Positions 47,739 through 56,918 of a DNA stretch of 64,000 nt are shown piece by piece; the stretch's first letter is position 1; the number at the start of each line of letters is the position of its first letter. The translations under genes and the position numbers were made by a program. This DNA is from Thermoplasmatota archaeon (GTDB lineage Archaea > Thermoplasmatota > E2 > JACPAO01 > JAHFTW01): NCBI GenBank assembly GCA_041601615.1, contig JBFIHX010000013.1, forward strand, positions 1-64,000. Direction: 5' to 3'. The notes under the pieces were generated by a model that searched no databases, was not told the DNA's origin, and saw only the letters and a list, made by a program, of their open reading frames with translations.

Positions 47739-48917
47739 CTAGGGATTGGACTCGAAGAGTCCGCCCGGTGTTACGCGAAAGGATTCAGGTTCCGGGGCAG
47801 TGGCTTCGGCGGGGGGTCCAGGTTCGGGGTTTTGCTCCGGTGCCGGGGCTTGATGCGGGACTACGTCGAGAGGGGCCGGCTCGGGTTCTCTTGCCGCCTC
47901 CGTGTTCGATTCGACGGGTGATGGCGAGGGCTCGGGTTCCGTTGACGGGGGTTCGATGATGGGGGCCTGGGTGGCGAGGGAAACCTTTGGGAGGTCTGTC
48001 GAGGGGTTCCCCTCGCCGGGGGCGGTTGCCGGGACGACGCCGCTTCCACTGGCATCCCCTGGCCCTAGTTGTCCCGGCAACAGCTCGGCCGCAAGGTTCC
48101 GGTTCGCCGTGATCTGTTCCTCAAGCGCCACTTGGGAGTCGGCGTGGGGAGTTTCAATGGCGGGTTCGGGTGCCTTGCGGCCTATGAGCTGACCCACGCG
48201 GTCACGCATCGAAGCAAGACCGGGGGTGCCATTCTTGTTCGCGGTGGCAAGTGCCAATGCGAGCGTAATACAGGAATTGATGATCGTGAAAACGAGGAGC
48301 TTGCCCGTGCTGCGCTGGGCGTCATGGGCGGCGCTTTGGGCAGCTTCCCCGGCTGCAATGGCGGGGCCAAGGTCTGGTTCAGGAACAACGATGTTCTCCG
48401 CCGCTAGACGGGCCCCATTGGCTGCGGCAAGGGTCTGGTTCCAGCGCTGCGATTGACCAGCCATGAGCTGACTTGCATGGGCTACGTCAAGTTGAAGACC
48501 CGCAAGGTGCCCCTGCTGCGTTTCCAGTTCGTCGTTGGCATGGAGCAATTGATTGATGGTTTCCGTGGAGGTTGCTTGCAGGGCCTCGATCTGGGCTTGT
48601 AGCGCCGCGGTATCATCGAGCACATCATCCAGGCGGTAGCCCGTGGTGGCAGTGATGTGGTCCGTGGTGGATCCGCCCGCGTGCTGGATTCGAACGGCCA
48701 CGAGTGCCGGCGCTTCGGTCTCGATCCAAAGGACATTGTGGCCAAGAACGGAGTGGGTACGGGATTGGTACGGCGACGGTGATTCCGTGGCCAAGACGGT
48801 GTCGCCTGGATCAAGAGGAACATGGGCGACGGCAGCACTCGCGGGGCTTGCCAAGGTGATGAGGAAGGCGAGGCCGGCCGTTGCGAGCAGGATGAAGAAG
48901 AGGGCGATGCGGTTCAC
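47739..48917 (-). CDS. Secreted coiled-coil protein with TM and Pro/Glu-rich tail
   Basis: GTG start at VNRIALFFILL signal peptide; heptad region; TM helix. Confidence 0.65.
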   Translation of the reverse strand: MNRIALFFILLATAGLAFLITLASPASAAVAHVPLDPGDTVLATESPSPYQSRTHSVLGHNVLWIETEAPALVAVRIQHAGGSTTDHITATTGYRLDDVLDDTAALQAQIEALQATSTETINQLLHANDELETQQGHLAGLQLDVAHASQLMAGQSQRWNQTLAAANGARLAAENIVVPEPDLGPAIAAGEAAQSAAHDAQRSTGKLLVFTIINSCITLALALATANKNGTPGLASMRDRVGQLIGRKAPEPAIETPHADSQVALEEQITANRNLAAELLPGQLGPGDASGSGVVPATAPGEGNPSTDLPKVSLATQAPIIEPPSTEPEPSPSPVESNTEAAREPEPAPLDVVPHQAPAPEQNPEPGPPAEATAPEPESFRVTPGGLFESNP

Positions 48918-49196
48918 GAATGCCAACAACCCGCAAGGGGTGATAGCCAGCGGTGTTTCGTTCGTCCTGGTCGCATTGCACTTGCACCAGGAAGGATTCG
49001 GGGCCAAGGTCCAATTCGGGGTCGATTGGGGTCTTTTCGGTCGTGTCGTTGTCTTGGTTTTCTTTGCTTGTCTGTCTTGGTTTGCCCTTCGCCAAGTCGC
49101 GGGAGAGCACTGCCGTTCGGCGCTTGTTTTCCTCGGTTGAGGTGCGCCTGAACGGTCGTGTCTTCCCGCTCCTGGGTTTGGCTTCGAGGCAAACCA

Positions 49197-49763
49197 ATGA
49201 CCTTGAAGGACAAGCAAGAAACCAATGACAACGCCAGCTCCCTTGGAGAAGATCGACCCGTGGTGCGACGGATTGGACGGCCTCGGACGTGGCCCCAGGT
49301 TCGACTAGCGCCCAGGTTGGGTTGGGAAGCCGTGGATCGAAACGAGAACCGGGCCCGGATCGTGGCTGCGTTGGAGGATGTGCCGGGGTTGTCGTTTCGG
49401 GGCCTGTCGCGGGCGCTCGGGCTCGCATCCGGGACGCTACGGCATCATCTTCCAGTATTGCAGAGTCAAGACTTGATCTGGCGCATGGATTTTGGCCAGT
49501 CACATCGGTACTTTGCGGGTCCCTGCCCGGAAGAAGTGACACCCAAGATCCTCGCCTCGTCGTGCCTGGTCGATGAACTGGATCTGCGCATCCTGGCCGA
49601 ATTGACGCATGAACGAATCCAGGCCAGCGTCATCGAGGCCGTGGCAGGCAACGGAGTTGCACGAAGCAAGGTACAACACCGCCTGTACCGCCTGGAAGAC
49701 CTTGGGTTGGTACGAGTCGAACGCACCTGTCACTTCGTCTACTACAAGAGGTGCGAGTCGTGA
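49197..49763 (+). CDS. Double winged-helix transcription regulator
   Basis: NRARI..PGLSFRGLSRALGLASGTLRHHL; second HTH RSKVQHRLYRLEDLGLV. Confidence 0.85.
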   Translation: MTLKDKQETNDNASSLGEDRPVVRRIGRPRTWPQVRLAPRLGWEAVDRNENRARIVAALEDVPGLSFRGLSRALGLASGTLRHHLPVLQSQDLIWRMDFGQSHRYFAGPCPEEVTPKILASSCLVDELDLRILAELTHERIQASVIEAVAGNGVARSKVQHRLYRLEDLGLVRVERTCHFVYYKRCES

Positions 49764-50113
49764 TCCTCGACCGGCACTGGAAGCTCATCAGGGAATCCGT
49801 GGAGGACGCCATTCGCCGCGAGAAAGACATGGCAAGGGCGGCTCGTCGGCAGGGGCGGCGAGGGGAGTCCAGGGAGCACAAGGCGCGACGCCGAGAACTC
49901 TTGGCCGTCAAGATGCGCTTGGATTGCCTGCCGTCCTGGCTTGAGGTCTGGGCGGCATTGGATACGGTCGCGGATGTGGTCGAGGGTTGGAACCTGGATG
50001 AAGGCCGGTGCTTGGAATGCGACGCCGAAGTGGACGAAGAAGGCGTCTGCATCGAAGAGACCTGTCGATTAAGGGATGGATTGCTCGTGCGTACACCTGG
50101 AAGTGCTGCATGA
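49760..50113 (+). CDS. Hypothetical protein with Zn finger
   Basis: GTGA coupling; CLEC..C..C. Confidence 0.6.
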   Translation: MILDRHWKLIRESVEDAIRREKDMARAARRQGRRGESREHKARRRELLAVKMRLDCLPSWLEVWAALDTVADVVEGWNLDEGRCLECDAEVDEEGVCIEETCRLRDGLLVRTPGSAA

Positions 50114-50310
50114 ACGGGCACTCCTGGACGTGTCCATGCCTGGCTTGCGAGCGGTCATGGAATACACGGGCCGAATTGCAAGCAGCCAGCCAAAAAGCCC
50201 GGCAAGCCGAAGCCGCGAGCGCTGCATGAACGGAGAATGCGGCACCTGCGGCGCATCGATCTACATTGCCGGATCGGGGGCATCGGGGCGGTTGATCTGG
50301 ACGTGCGAGC

Positions 50311-50712
50311 ATGGGCCGTGAATCACGGTATTACGGGTTCCTTTGTGAGCACTGCAAGCGCATCCACGGACCTTACTCGTCGCGGGCGGAAGTGATGCTG
50401 TCGCAGTCGCTACACTGGGTCTTGATCCACCCGGAAAAGGATCAGTACACGGTTGGGTGGCCCAACAGCATGAACACCGTCAGCCTGGAATGGTTGAGCC
50501 TAAGATCGGCTCGCTTCGACGTGGAGCACGGCGCAGTCAATGCCTCGGGGACTTGCAATTGCACGGATTGCCGAGGTGCCAGGTATGCGGGCTCGGACCC
50601 CGAAGAGTGGCCCTTGGCCGTCGATTGCAAGAACTACAAGGGGCCGAGTCGGGCCGCGTGGATGCGCCAGAAGCGCATGGGGCAGCAATTGCGATTGGAC
50701 GTGTTTGCATGA
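50311..50712 (+). CDS. Zn-finger protein
   Basis: CEHC..H..H and CNCTDC motifs; overlapping chain of ORFs. Confidence 0.55.
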   Translation: MGRESRYYGFLCEHCKRIHGPYSSRAEVMLSQSLHWVLIHPEKDQYTVGWPNSMNTVSLEWLSLRSARFDVEHGAVNASGTCNCTDCRGARYAGSDPEEWPLAVDCKNYKGPSRAAWMRQKRMGQQLRLDVFA

Positions 50713-51011
50713 CGGTCGCCACTGGATGGAAGCGGCACATGGTGTACGGGTGTGCCGTGCGATGGGCCGCGACGCGAATACGATGCCCCGAGTGCAATGG
50801 GCTCGTGGATTGGCGACCTGGACGCGACGGCCGGGTCTGGATGCGAAGCCACTACAAGTTCGGAGAATCGACGTTCAAGCACTGCATCGAAGTGTTCGTT
50901 TCGCAGCAACGCGATTTGACCGGGTACGGCTTGGAACTGGCCACCGTGCCCGAAGGATGCCAATCGCTGCGGCGCGTTTCCGAGATGATCAAACGGAGAC
51001 GGGGATTGTGA
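50709..51011 (+). CDS. Zn-ribbon protein
   Basis: ATGA coupling; RCPECNG. Confidence 0.55.
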   Translation: MTVATGWKRHMVYGCAVRWAATRIRCPECNGLVDWRPGRDGRVWMRSHYKFGESTFKHCIEVFVSQQRDLTGYGLELATVPEGCQSLRRVSEMIKRRRGL

Positions 51012-51256
51012 AACGGCCAAGGATGGCCTTGCAGGCCGAGACCGGCCAATGCTCGTGCAGCCAGACGGAAGGGACCGAGGAATACGAATGGACCGAGTGC
51101 GGTGCGTGTGGGTTCCCGTGCCTGTTGGTGGTGACGCACGAATGGCCACACCGCGTTCGCGTAGATCACCACGAAGCATGGGAAGAGGGACCGGAGTTCG
51201 AGGCTTGCAGCGAAGATGGCAGAGAATGGAAAATCGGACAAGCCAAGCTCTACTGA
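51008..51256 (+). CDS. Small Cys-rich protein
   Basis: GTGA coupling; CSC..CGAC. Confidence 0.5.
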   Translation: MKRPRMALQAETGQCSCSQTEGTEEYEWTECGACGFPCLLVVTHEWPHRVRVDHHEAWEEGPEFEACSEDGREWKIGQAKLY

Positions 51257-51321
51257 CGAAGGAAGGCGTAGTCGCGTCCACATAACACAGATGCCACAGG
51301 AGGGGGCCTGTCCGGTTAGGG

Positions 51322-51344
51322 GGAAAACCACTGAAGGACAAGTT
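51322..51344 (+). other. attI-like site 2
   Basis: GGAAAACCACTGAAGGACAAGTT followed by AGACCGCC. Confidence 0.65.
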
Positions 51345-51366
51345 AGACCGCCACCGGCGAGCATTT

Positions 51367-51867
51367 GTGCGTCCCGGTTTCTCCGCGCACGTGTGCGCCA
51401 AGCTGCATGACCCTCAGGATTCGGCCGAACTTTGGACAACATTCAATGGCCAAAGATTGCTTGCAGTGGGGATCGCATCCCTTGCTTTCACCCCCCTCGT
51501 GAACAATGCCAACAGTCTCTGGTCTGGACCCGCGAGGCCAGAATTCCTAGCGGCTATCCTTCTGCTGGCAAGTTCGATCATGTTGGCACACGGCAGCCTT
51601 CGGGCGCACAGGGTCCTGTCGATACAACACGCCTTGTACGCCAATCTGCGGCGCCACAAGGAGGCCGCGCTTGAACGCATTGACAAGTCGGGGATGACTG
51701 AGGAGTGGCGCACGGCAATTGATGGCCTCAACGCGCAGGATCGCGAGCTTGCTGAGAAGGCTGGCAAAAACTATCAAAATTTGGAACGCTGGTTGGGCCT
51801 TCAGTACGCGACCGCTGTGCTGGGAGCCTTCGCAATGCTTGCCGCACTAATCTCAACCCCGGTGTAG
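51367..51867 (+). CDS. Three-TM membrane protein (cassette D)
   Basis: Two N-terminal TMs, a helical linker and a C-terminal TM; stop lies 15 bp before attC4. Confidence 0.7.
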   Translation: MRPGFSAHVCAKLHDPQDSAELWTTFNGQRLLAVGIASLAFTPLVNNANSLWSGPARPEFLAAILLLASSIMLAHGSLRAHRVLSIQHALYANLRRHKEAALERIDKSGMTEEWRTAIDGLNAQDRELAEKAGKNYQNLERWLGLQYATAVLGAFAMLAALISTPV

Positions 51868-51881
51868 GATCTGGCCCGGCG

Positions 51882-51949
51882 GTCTAACAACTCACTCAAC
51901 CCGACGCCTCGCCTCCGGCTCGGCGCGGGTTAGTTCGTGGTCGTTGGAT
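51882..51949 (+). other. attC-like site (attC4)
   Basis: GTCTAAC aactc actcaacccgacgcc..ggcgcgggttagt tcgtggtc GTTGGAT, with canonical unpaired C and A. Confidence 0.9.
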
Positions 51950-52604
51950 GGCAATGGTCGCCTAGCGTGAGGTCATGCGCGTGGATTCAAGGATTGGGGG
52001 CTGCTTTCGGGTGGGTTTTTTCTCGGGAGGCGGGGGATCAAGTGAGTCGATGGGGTGGGTGCTGCGTGGGGGTCGCGGGATTGATGTTCGTGCCTTGTCC
52101 CTGCTTGGCGCCACCAAGTATGGGTGTGGGTGGAAAGGAAGTGCGTTGTCGTCGTCTTTGTCGTGCTCGTGTCCGTGGGTTCCTTGCTTGTGATTTTCTG
52201 CTTCCTTTGCCGGGCCTCGGCTTGCCCTTGATGTACTTTCCATGGCGGTTTTCCTGGGGGCTTCGCTGCGAGCGTGGCCGTTGATTGGCGGCGTTCTTTG
52301 TCCTCTTTCTGGGCCGTAGCCTCGGATCTTGACCAGGGCACCGTCCTTTCTTGGGGTGCGTTCGGGTTTTCCTTGACGCTCGTGTGAACCGCTCCGGGTT
52401 TCCTTGGGAATCGGGGGTTGTATTCGCTGCGCATCCGTGTTCGGATGGGCTTGTTTTCTGGGTCTTGTTCGGGTGGGGGCATGTGTTCCCCTTGGCTGGG
52501 CACTTCTGGGGTCGCAATTCCCCTGCCGGTCACATCCCTCATTCTTCGTTCTGGACGCGTCACGGGATTGGGCCCCGTCAGGCCCGGTCGCTTCGAGGAA
52601 CAAT

Positions 52605-52865
52605 ATGTCCCCCACACAACAAACCCACGACAAGCCCGCCGACAAGGACTTCAGCGAGTACACCTGGATTCCCGGCGTCAACGAGCTGTTCAACAGCGTC
52701 TGCGTCATCGAACGCACCCAAAAGGACGGCGCCATGGTCTTCGTCCGGGGCTACAGCAAAAAATTCGGCAAGAACGCCACCGTCAGCGGCCACTTCGACT
52801 ACGAAGCCCTCGAAAACCTGTGGAACCACATCGGCGCAATCCTTGGCCACGACAAGGTGGCATAA
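52605..52865 (+). CDS. Hypothetical protein
   Basis: GAGGA RBS; C-rich coding composition. Confidence 0.65.
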   Translation: MSPTQQTHDKPADKDFSEYTWIPGVNELFNSVCVIERTQKDGAMVFVRGYSKKFGKNATVSGHFDYEALENLWNHIGAILGHDKVA

Positions 52866-53108
52866 AATGCACGGCGTCGGAACCAACGGCCTCATCGCAG
52901 GCCAACAATACGACGCCTCCTTCTTCCTTTTCAAAAAAGGGGAGGGGTGCGTGGCGCCAAAGATGCAGGGCCGCGTCGAAGGAAGCGGTTCGTCCTATGG
53001 TCAGGGGTGGGATGTGCCGCTTGGGACCAGGAAGGATCGGTGGCAAAAGAAGCGAAGCGTCACCGCGGCGGCGCAAGCACGGATCCAGGCGCGAAGGGAG
53101 GCTTGTGC

Positions 53109-53630
53109 ATGAATGGATGGCGCCTGACCGATGAAGCACGGGAGTCGCCTCGGCAAGCGTTCCGGGAGCGCCGGGCGTGGACGCAGTTACTGGGTTCGCC
53201 TGGGCCGCTTGGCGAAGATTGGGGCGAGACGAGTCCCGAGGAAGCAACGGAGCAGTGGTTCGCGTACCAATTCCTGCAAGACCTAGTGCCCGATCTGGAA
53301 GCACTGCACGAGGGCCATGAGCGAGCGAGCAAGGAGTACAGGTTGCGCGTGGAGGTCCTGGCCGAGTACACGCACGAGTTTAGGCGCGTCTTGGAGGTCC
53401 GTGTCCAGTACGATGCGGGCGCCATGGAATCGGGGTCGTGGTGTGGATTCCGAGTCCTCGTGGATCTGGATCAGCACTTGCTCAAGGTCTGCGAATTCCA
53501 GTGGCCGGGATTGTTCTTGCAGGCATGGTTTCACCCGGAGCAAGAAACGCATCAACTGAATGACCTAGAAGTGGCAATGGCGTGGCTTGGCGGCTTGGCC
53601 AAGGACGGCGTGGTCCTGGTGGTGGAGTGA
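53109..53630 (+). CDS. Hypothetical protein
   Basis: GGAGG RBS; first gene of a coupled chain. Confidence 0.6.
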   Translation: MNGWRLTDEARESPRQAFRERRAWTQLLGSPGPLGEDWGETSPEEATEQWFAYQFLQDLVPDLEALHEGHERASKEYRLRVEVLAEYTHEFRRVLEVRVQYDAGAMESGSWCGFRVLVDLDQHLLKVCEFQWPGLFLQAWFHPEQETHQLNDLEVAMAWLGGLAKDGVVLVVE

Positions 53631-53795
53631 ATGGAGTTCGAGAACCATGGCTCCGCGCTTCGCCGTGCTACAAGGGGCAACCCAAGACGGCATCCGTGTC
53701 CAACGTGCGGGAAGCCGAATCGGTTGACCCCGGCGGACGTGGCCAGGGGCTACCAGTGCGATGCGTGCGCGGATCATGAGGAGGGGTCCTGGTGA
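53631..53795 (+). CDS. 54-aa Zn-finger protein (not in the ORF track)
   Basis: Translated by hand: ..NPRRHPCPTCGKPNRLTPADVARGYQCDACADHEEGSW; abuts both neighbours. Confidence 0.7.
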   Translation: MEFENHGSALRRATRGNPRRHPCPTCGKPNRLTPADVARGYQCDACADHEEGSW

Positions 53796-53989
53796 GCGCT
53801 CGATTGGAGGCATTGCGGCGCATCGTCGCAGAACACCAAGCCGCCAAGGTGGAGGGGGTCGTGGTGGATGTGCAGACGGCCAACGCGATCCTGAAGGTCT
53901 ACGGCGCAGTGAACGAAGCGAACCAAGAGAAGTTGCTGTCCGTGTCCGTAACGAAGATGGGACTCATCGCATGGGCGGTGGTCACATGA
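53792..53989 (+). CDS. Small virus-type hypothetical protein
   Basis: GTGA and ATGA coupling; VDVQTANAILKVY. Confidence 0.65.
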   Translation: MSARLEALRRIVAEHQAAKVEGVVVDVQTANAILKVYGAVNEANQEKLLSVSVTKMGLIAWAVVT

Positions 53990-54411
53990 TCGCACCGGAG
54001 CGGGTCTTCAAGCGCCTCGTGCGGTTGGTGCCGGACCTGGCAGACCTGGAAGCCGGAACCGCGAGGGTGAGCAAGAGCGGGGCGTTCATGGACCTGCACC
54101 TGGACGTGCTGAGTCGGTGCGATACGGAGGCCGGCGTGGTCTTGGAAGTGGCCCTGGCGCACTACTACGAGCAGAACGGCGACCTGGTGCCCGATCCAGA
54201 CATGACGATGCGCGTGCGGCTGGCGGACGGGACGGCGGAGGCGTTGTCGTTCCAGGATTTGCGCAGCTACAAGGAGGTCTATCCCGAGGAGGGGAAGGTC
54301 GTCATCACGCAGATGGTCCACCAGAACGAATTCCTGGGCTTCTGGTTGCTCAACGCCTGGAAGCAGGGCCACCGACTCGGGCCCCAGGCGACACGGAGGG
54401 ATGGGTCGTGA
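53986..54411 (+). CDS. DUF6908/DUF1249-like protein
   Basis: FMDL..LAHYYEQNGDLVPDPDM..FL..WL.N pattern. Confidence 0.75.
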   Translation: MIAPERVFKRLVRLVPDLADLEAGTARVSKSGAFMDLHLDVLSRCDTEAGVVLEVALAHYYEQNGDLVPDPDMTMRVRLADGTAEALSFQDLRSYKEVYPEEGKVVITQMVHQNEFLGFWLLNAWKQGHRLGPQATRRDGS

Positions 54412-54830
54412 CCGGGGATGCCCTGCACCAGGCGGTCCTGGATCTTGTCCCTGATGCGGAAAAATTGCAGGAAGGCACGCGTCGAATCAGTCACGCCGCG
54501 CCGTCACGGCCGGTCCTGTTGTCCGTTGTCCATCGCGGCGATGTGGCTGGGGAGCCCGTGACGGTCGTTTTACTATTCGGGCAGATGACGACGGTGTACG
54601 GACACAGGATTCCGCATCCGGCGTTGAAGGTCCAGGTCTTCCCGGAGCGGTCGTTGACGGTGCCGTTGGAGTATGGATCGCTTCAGGGGTGGCACAGCGT
54701 CGCCGACCGGGACGGGTTGCCGGTTCTGGGCGTGGCGCGGGGAATCCGGGATCAAGCACGGGAATACCTGGAATACCTTCTCGGTCGGGGACATCGGCTC
54801 GGGCCGGAATCGGTGTGGGGGTCGATTTGA
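54408..54830 (+). CDS. Diverged paralogue of the preceding gene
   Basis: Shares LVPD..L..GT.R.S and terminal GHRLGP. Confidence 0.6.
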   Translation: MTGDALHQAVLDLVPDAEKLQEGTRRISHAAPSRPVLLSVVHRGDVAGEPVTVVLLFGQMTTVYGHRIPHPALKVQVFPERSLTVPLEYGSLQGWHSVADRDGLPVLGVARGIRDQAREYLEYLLGRGHRLGPESVWGSI

Positions 54831-55255
54831 TGGACGTGGTGAAGGCCACGAGCCTCGATGCGCTGCGGGCGGCGCTTGGTTGCACGGAGCCAGGGCCCCG
54901 GTTGGTGTGGCCGGAGGGGTTGTGGCACGAGAATCGCGTTCACGCCGTCGGCGAGGTCGAGGACCTGGACAAGCTGGCCGTGCAACTGACGCAGACGACG
55001 TGGACGTGTTGCTCGGGCTTTGCGTGGAGGGGCTTGGTGTTGCTCAACGACGCGACCGGCGCGGACGGGGCGCAGGAGTACGCCGTGTTCCGTTCAGATA
55101 CGCGGGAGCGCGTGGAGTCGTTGACGGCGTCGTGGATGAGCGTCGAAGAGTTCCGAGGCGCCATGGAGCAACTGGACGAGGACGAAGGCGACCGCGACAT
55201 GAAGGCAGCGTGGCCGGACAAGGGACATGGATCGTGGTGTCGGTGGTGCGCGTGA
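54830..55255 (+). CDS. Conserved mobile-element hypothetical protein
   Basis: WTCCSGF..LNDATGADGAQEYAV..ESLTASW. Confidence 0.65.
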   Translation: MDVVKATSLDALRAALGCTEPGPRLVWPEGLWHENRVHAVGEVEDLDKLAVQLTQTTWTCCSGFAWRGLVLLNDATGADGAQEYAVFRSDTRERVESLTASWMSVEEFRGAMEQLDEDEGDRDMKAAWPDKGHGSWCRWCA

Positions 55256-55796
55256 CGGTGCGGTCCAGGTGCGGCGTGGGCTTCACGGTGGACGTGGGCG
55301 AGCCGTTGCCGGAACACGGCGGCCGGCAGGAGTCCATGGAGGCGGAGGCCACGGTGGGCTTCGACCCAGCGTGGCCGCCGTGCCTATGCCACCCGCTGGG
55401 GCGACGGTTGCCGACGCAGCGGCGTGAGCTACGCGCGGAGCCGGTGGTCCTTGTGTCGAAGAGGATGGAGGGGCCGGGGCACGTCGAATACGGCCACGAG
55501 AAGAGCGGCGTGGGCAGTCGAGGGTTCCCGTGCTCCTGGAGCAGGGCGGCCGTCGTCTCGGCGCTGCGCAAGATCGGCGTCAACGCCGCCCTGGACAACG
55601 GCCGAGTCCCCGCAGGGTGGAGCCACGCTGCCATTGGCGCAGGGAGTCTTCATCAGTCGGGGCACATCGACAAGGTGCTTGGAGAGCTGCGCAAGGCGGG
55701 CGTAGCGCCGAGGCGGGAGGCGAGCCTGGAGGCGTTCTGGTAGTGGGGATTTCCAGATGGGGGGATCAGTCTGCCCGAAGGGTTTTCGTGCGGGCC

Positions 55797-56918
55797 TTAC
55801 GCTCCTGTCTCCTCGTCCACGTATTCGTCCCACTGCCCATCCAGAAAGGGGCAGACTTCCTCGATGTATCCGGGTGGTTCGAGGATGACGCCGGTTTGGG
55901 CGTCGATGTACGTCGAAAAGACCGGGTACGTGTCGCAGGGGGGCTCGGTCCATGCCGCAACGGCGACGACGGCGAGGGTGCCGTCGATGACGAAGGCGTC
56001 CTGGATGTCGTATCCGAGTGCGGCGGGGTCGATGGCGAGGCCGTCTTTGTCGATGAGGCATTCCGTGTAGTCACGCATCCGTCGTTGAAGGTCTTCTTTC
56101 GGTAGCCAATCATGGTGCTCGAAATCGAAGACGGGGCCGATGCTCTGCTGGATGGTGATGTTCCCGGTTGGCTCGATCTCCCAGGTCCACCACGTCGGCG
56201 AAAGGGTGAGGTTGCCCGTTTCCTGGCGGATGTAGATTGTCACCTCGGGACTGTACGGCTCGTGGCTTGTCTCGTTGCTCCACCACGGCCAGAAATGGAT
56301 GCTACCTGGGTCTGCCCCGAGGGCGGCGTATGTGGTCAGGACGAGTGAGTCGATGGATGCCGGGTCCGGCAATGATCCGACGCTACCCGTGTATGTCCAC
56401 GTCCCCGTCCCGTCCGTGTTCTCATGTCCCGCATCCGCGAGGTTCTGGGCTGCTTCCCGGTCGGGCAACACGACGGTCACGACGGACGGCCACCACGGAT
56501 CGAAGGCAAGCACGCCCTGAGGCGTTTCCCAACGGTGTCCGTGCGGCTGGGACAATCCGACGACTACCGAGGGGGTAATGCTCCCCGACGAGTTGTTCCC
56601 GCCCCACCCATCGTCGCCATTAGGCGGAACAGGTGATGTTTCGTTGCGGATTGCAGGACTTTGTCCGAGGGCCGCGGCAACGTTCTGGACGACTTCGCTG
56701 ATGTTGCCCATCAGTCCCAGAACTGCGTGGGCATTGATGGGAAGCCAGTCTTGCGGTGTGGGGTCGCATGGAATGGCGGTCCACGAACGAGGTTCTGCTG
56801 CGGAGGCGGGCTTGGGGAGTTCCTGCGTCATGCAGCCGGATAAGGCGAGCGACCATACTAGTGCATAGATTACGACAACTACAGCATTCACTGGCGTTTT
56901 ACCTAATTTTGCCCTCAT
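55797..56918 (-). CDS. Putative lipoprotein
   Basis: LALSGC lipobox; ATGA coupling. Confidence 0.7.
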   Translation of the reverse strand: MRAKLGKTPVNAVVVVIYALVWSLALSGCMTQELPKPASAAEPRSWTAIPCDPTPQDWLPINAHAVLGLMGNISEVVQNVAAALGQSPAIRNETSPVPPNGDDGWGGNNSSGSITPSVVVGLSQPHGHRWETPQGVLAFDPWWPSVVTVVLPDREAAQNLADAGHENTDGTGTWTYTGSVGSLPDPASIDSLVLTTYAALGADPGSIHFWPWWSNETSHEPYSPEVTIYIRQETGNLTLSPTWWTWEIEPTGNITIQQSIGPVFDFEHHDWLPKEDLQRRMRDYTECLIDKDGLAIDPAALGYDIQDAFVIDGTLAVVAVAAWTEPPCDTYPVFSTYIDAQTGVILEPPGYIEEVCPFLDGQWDEYVDEETGA

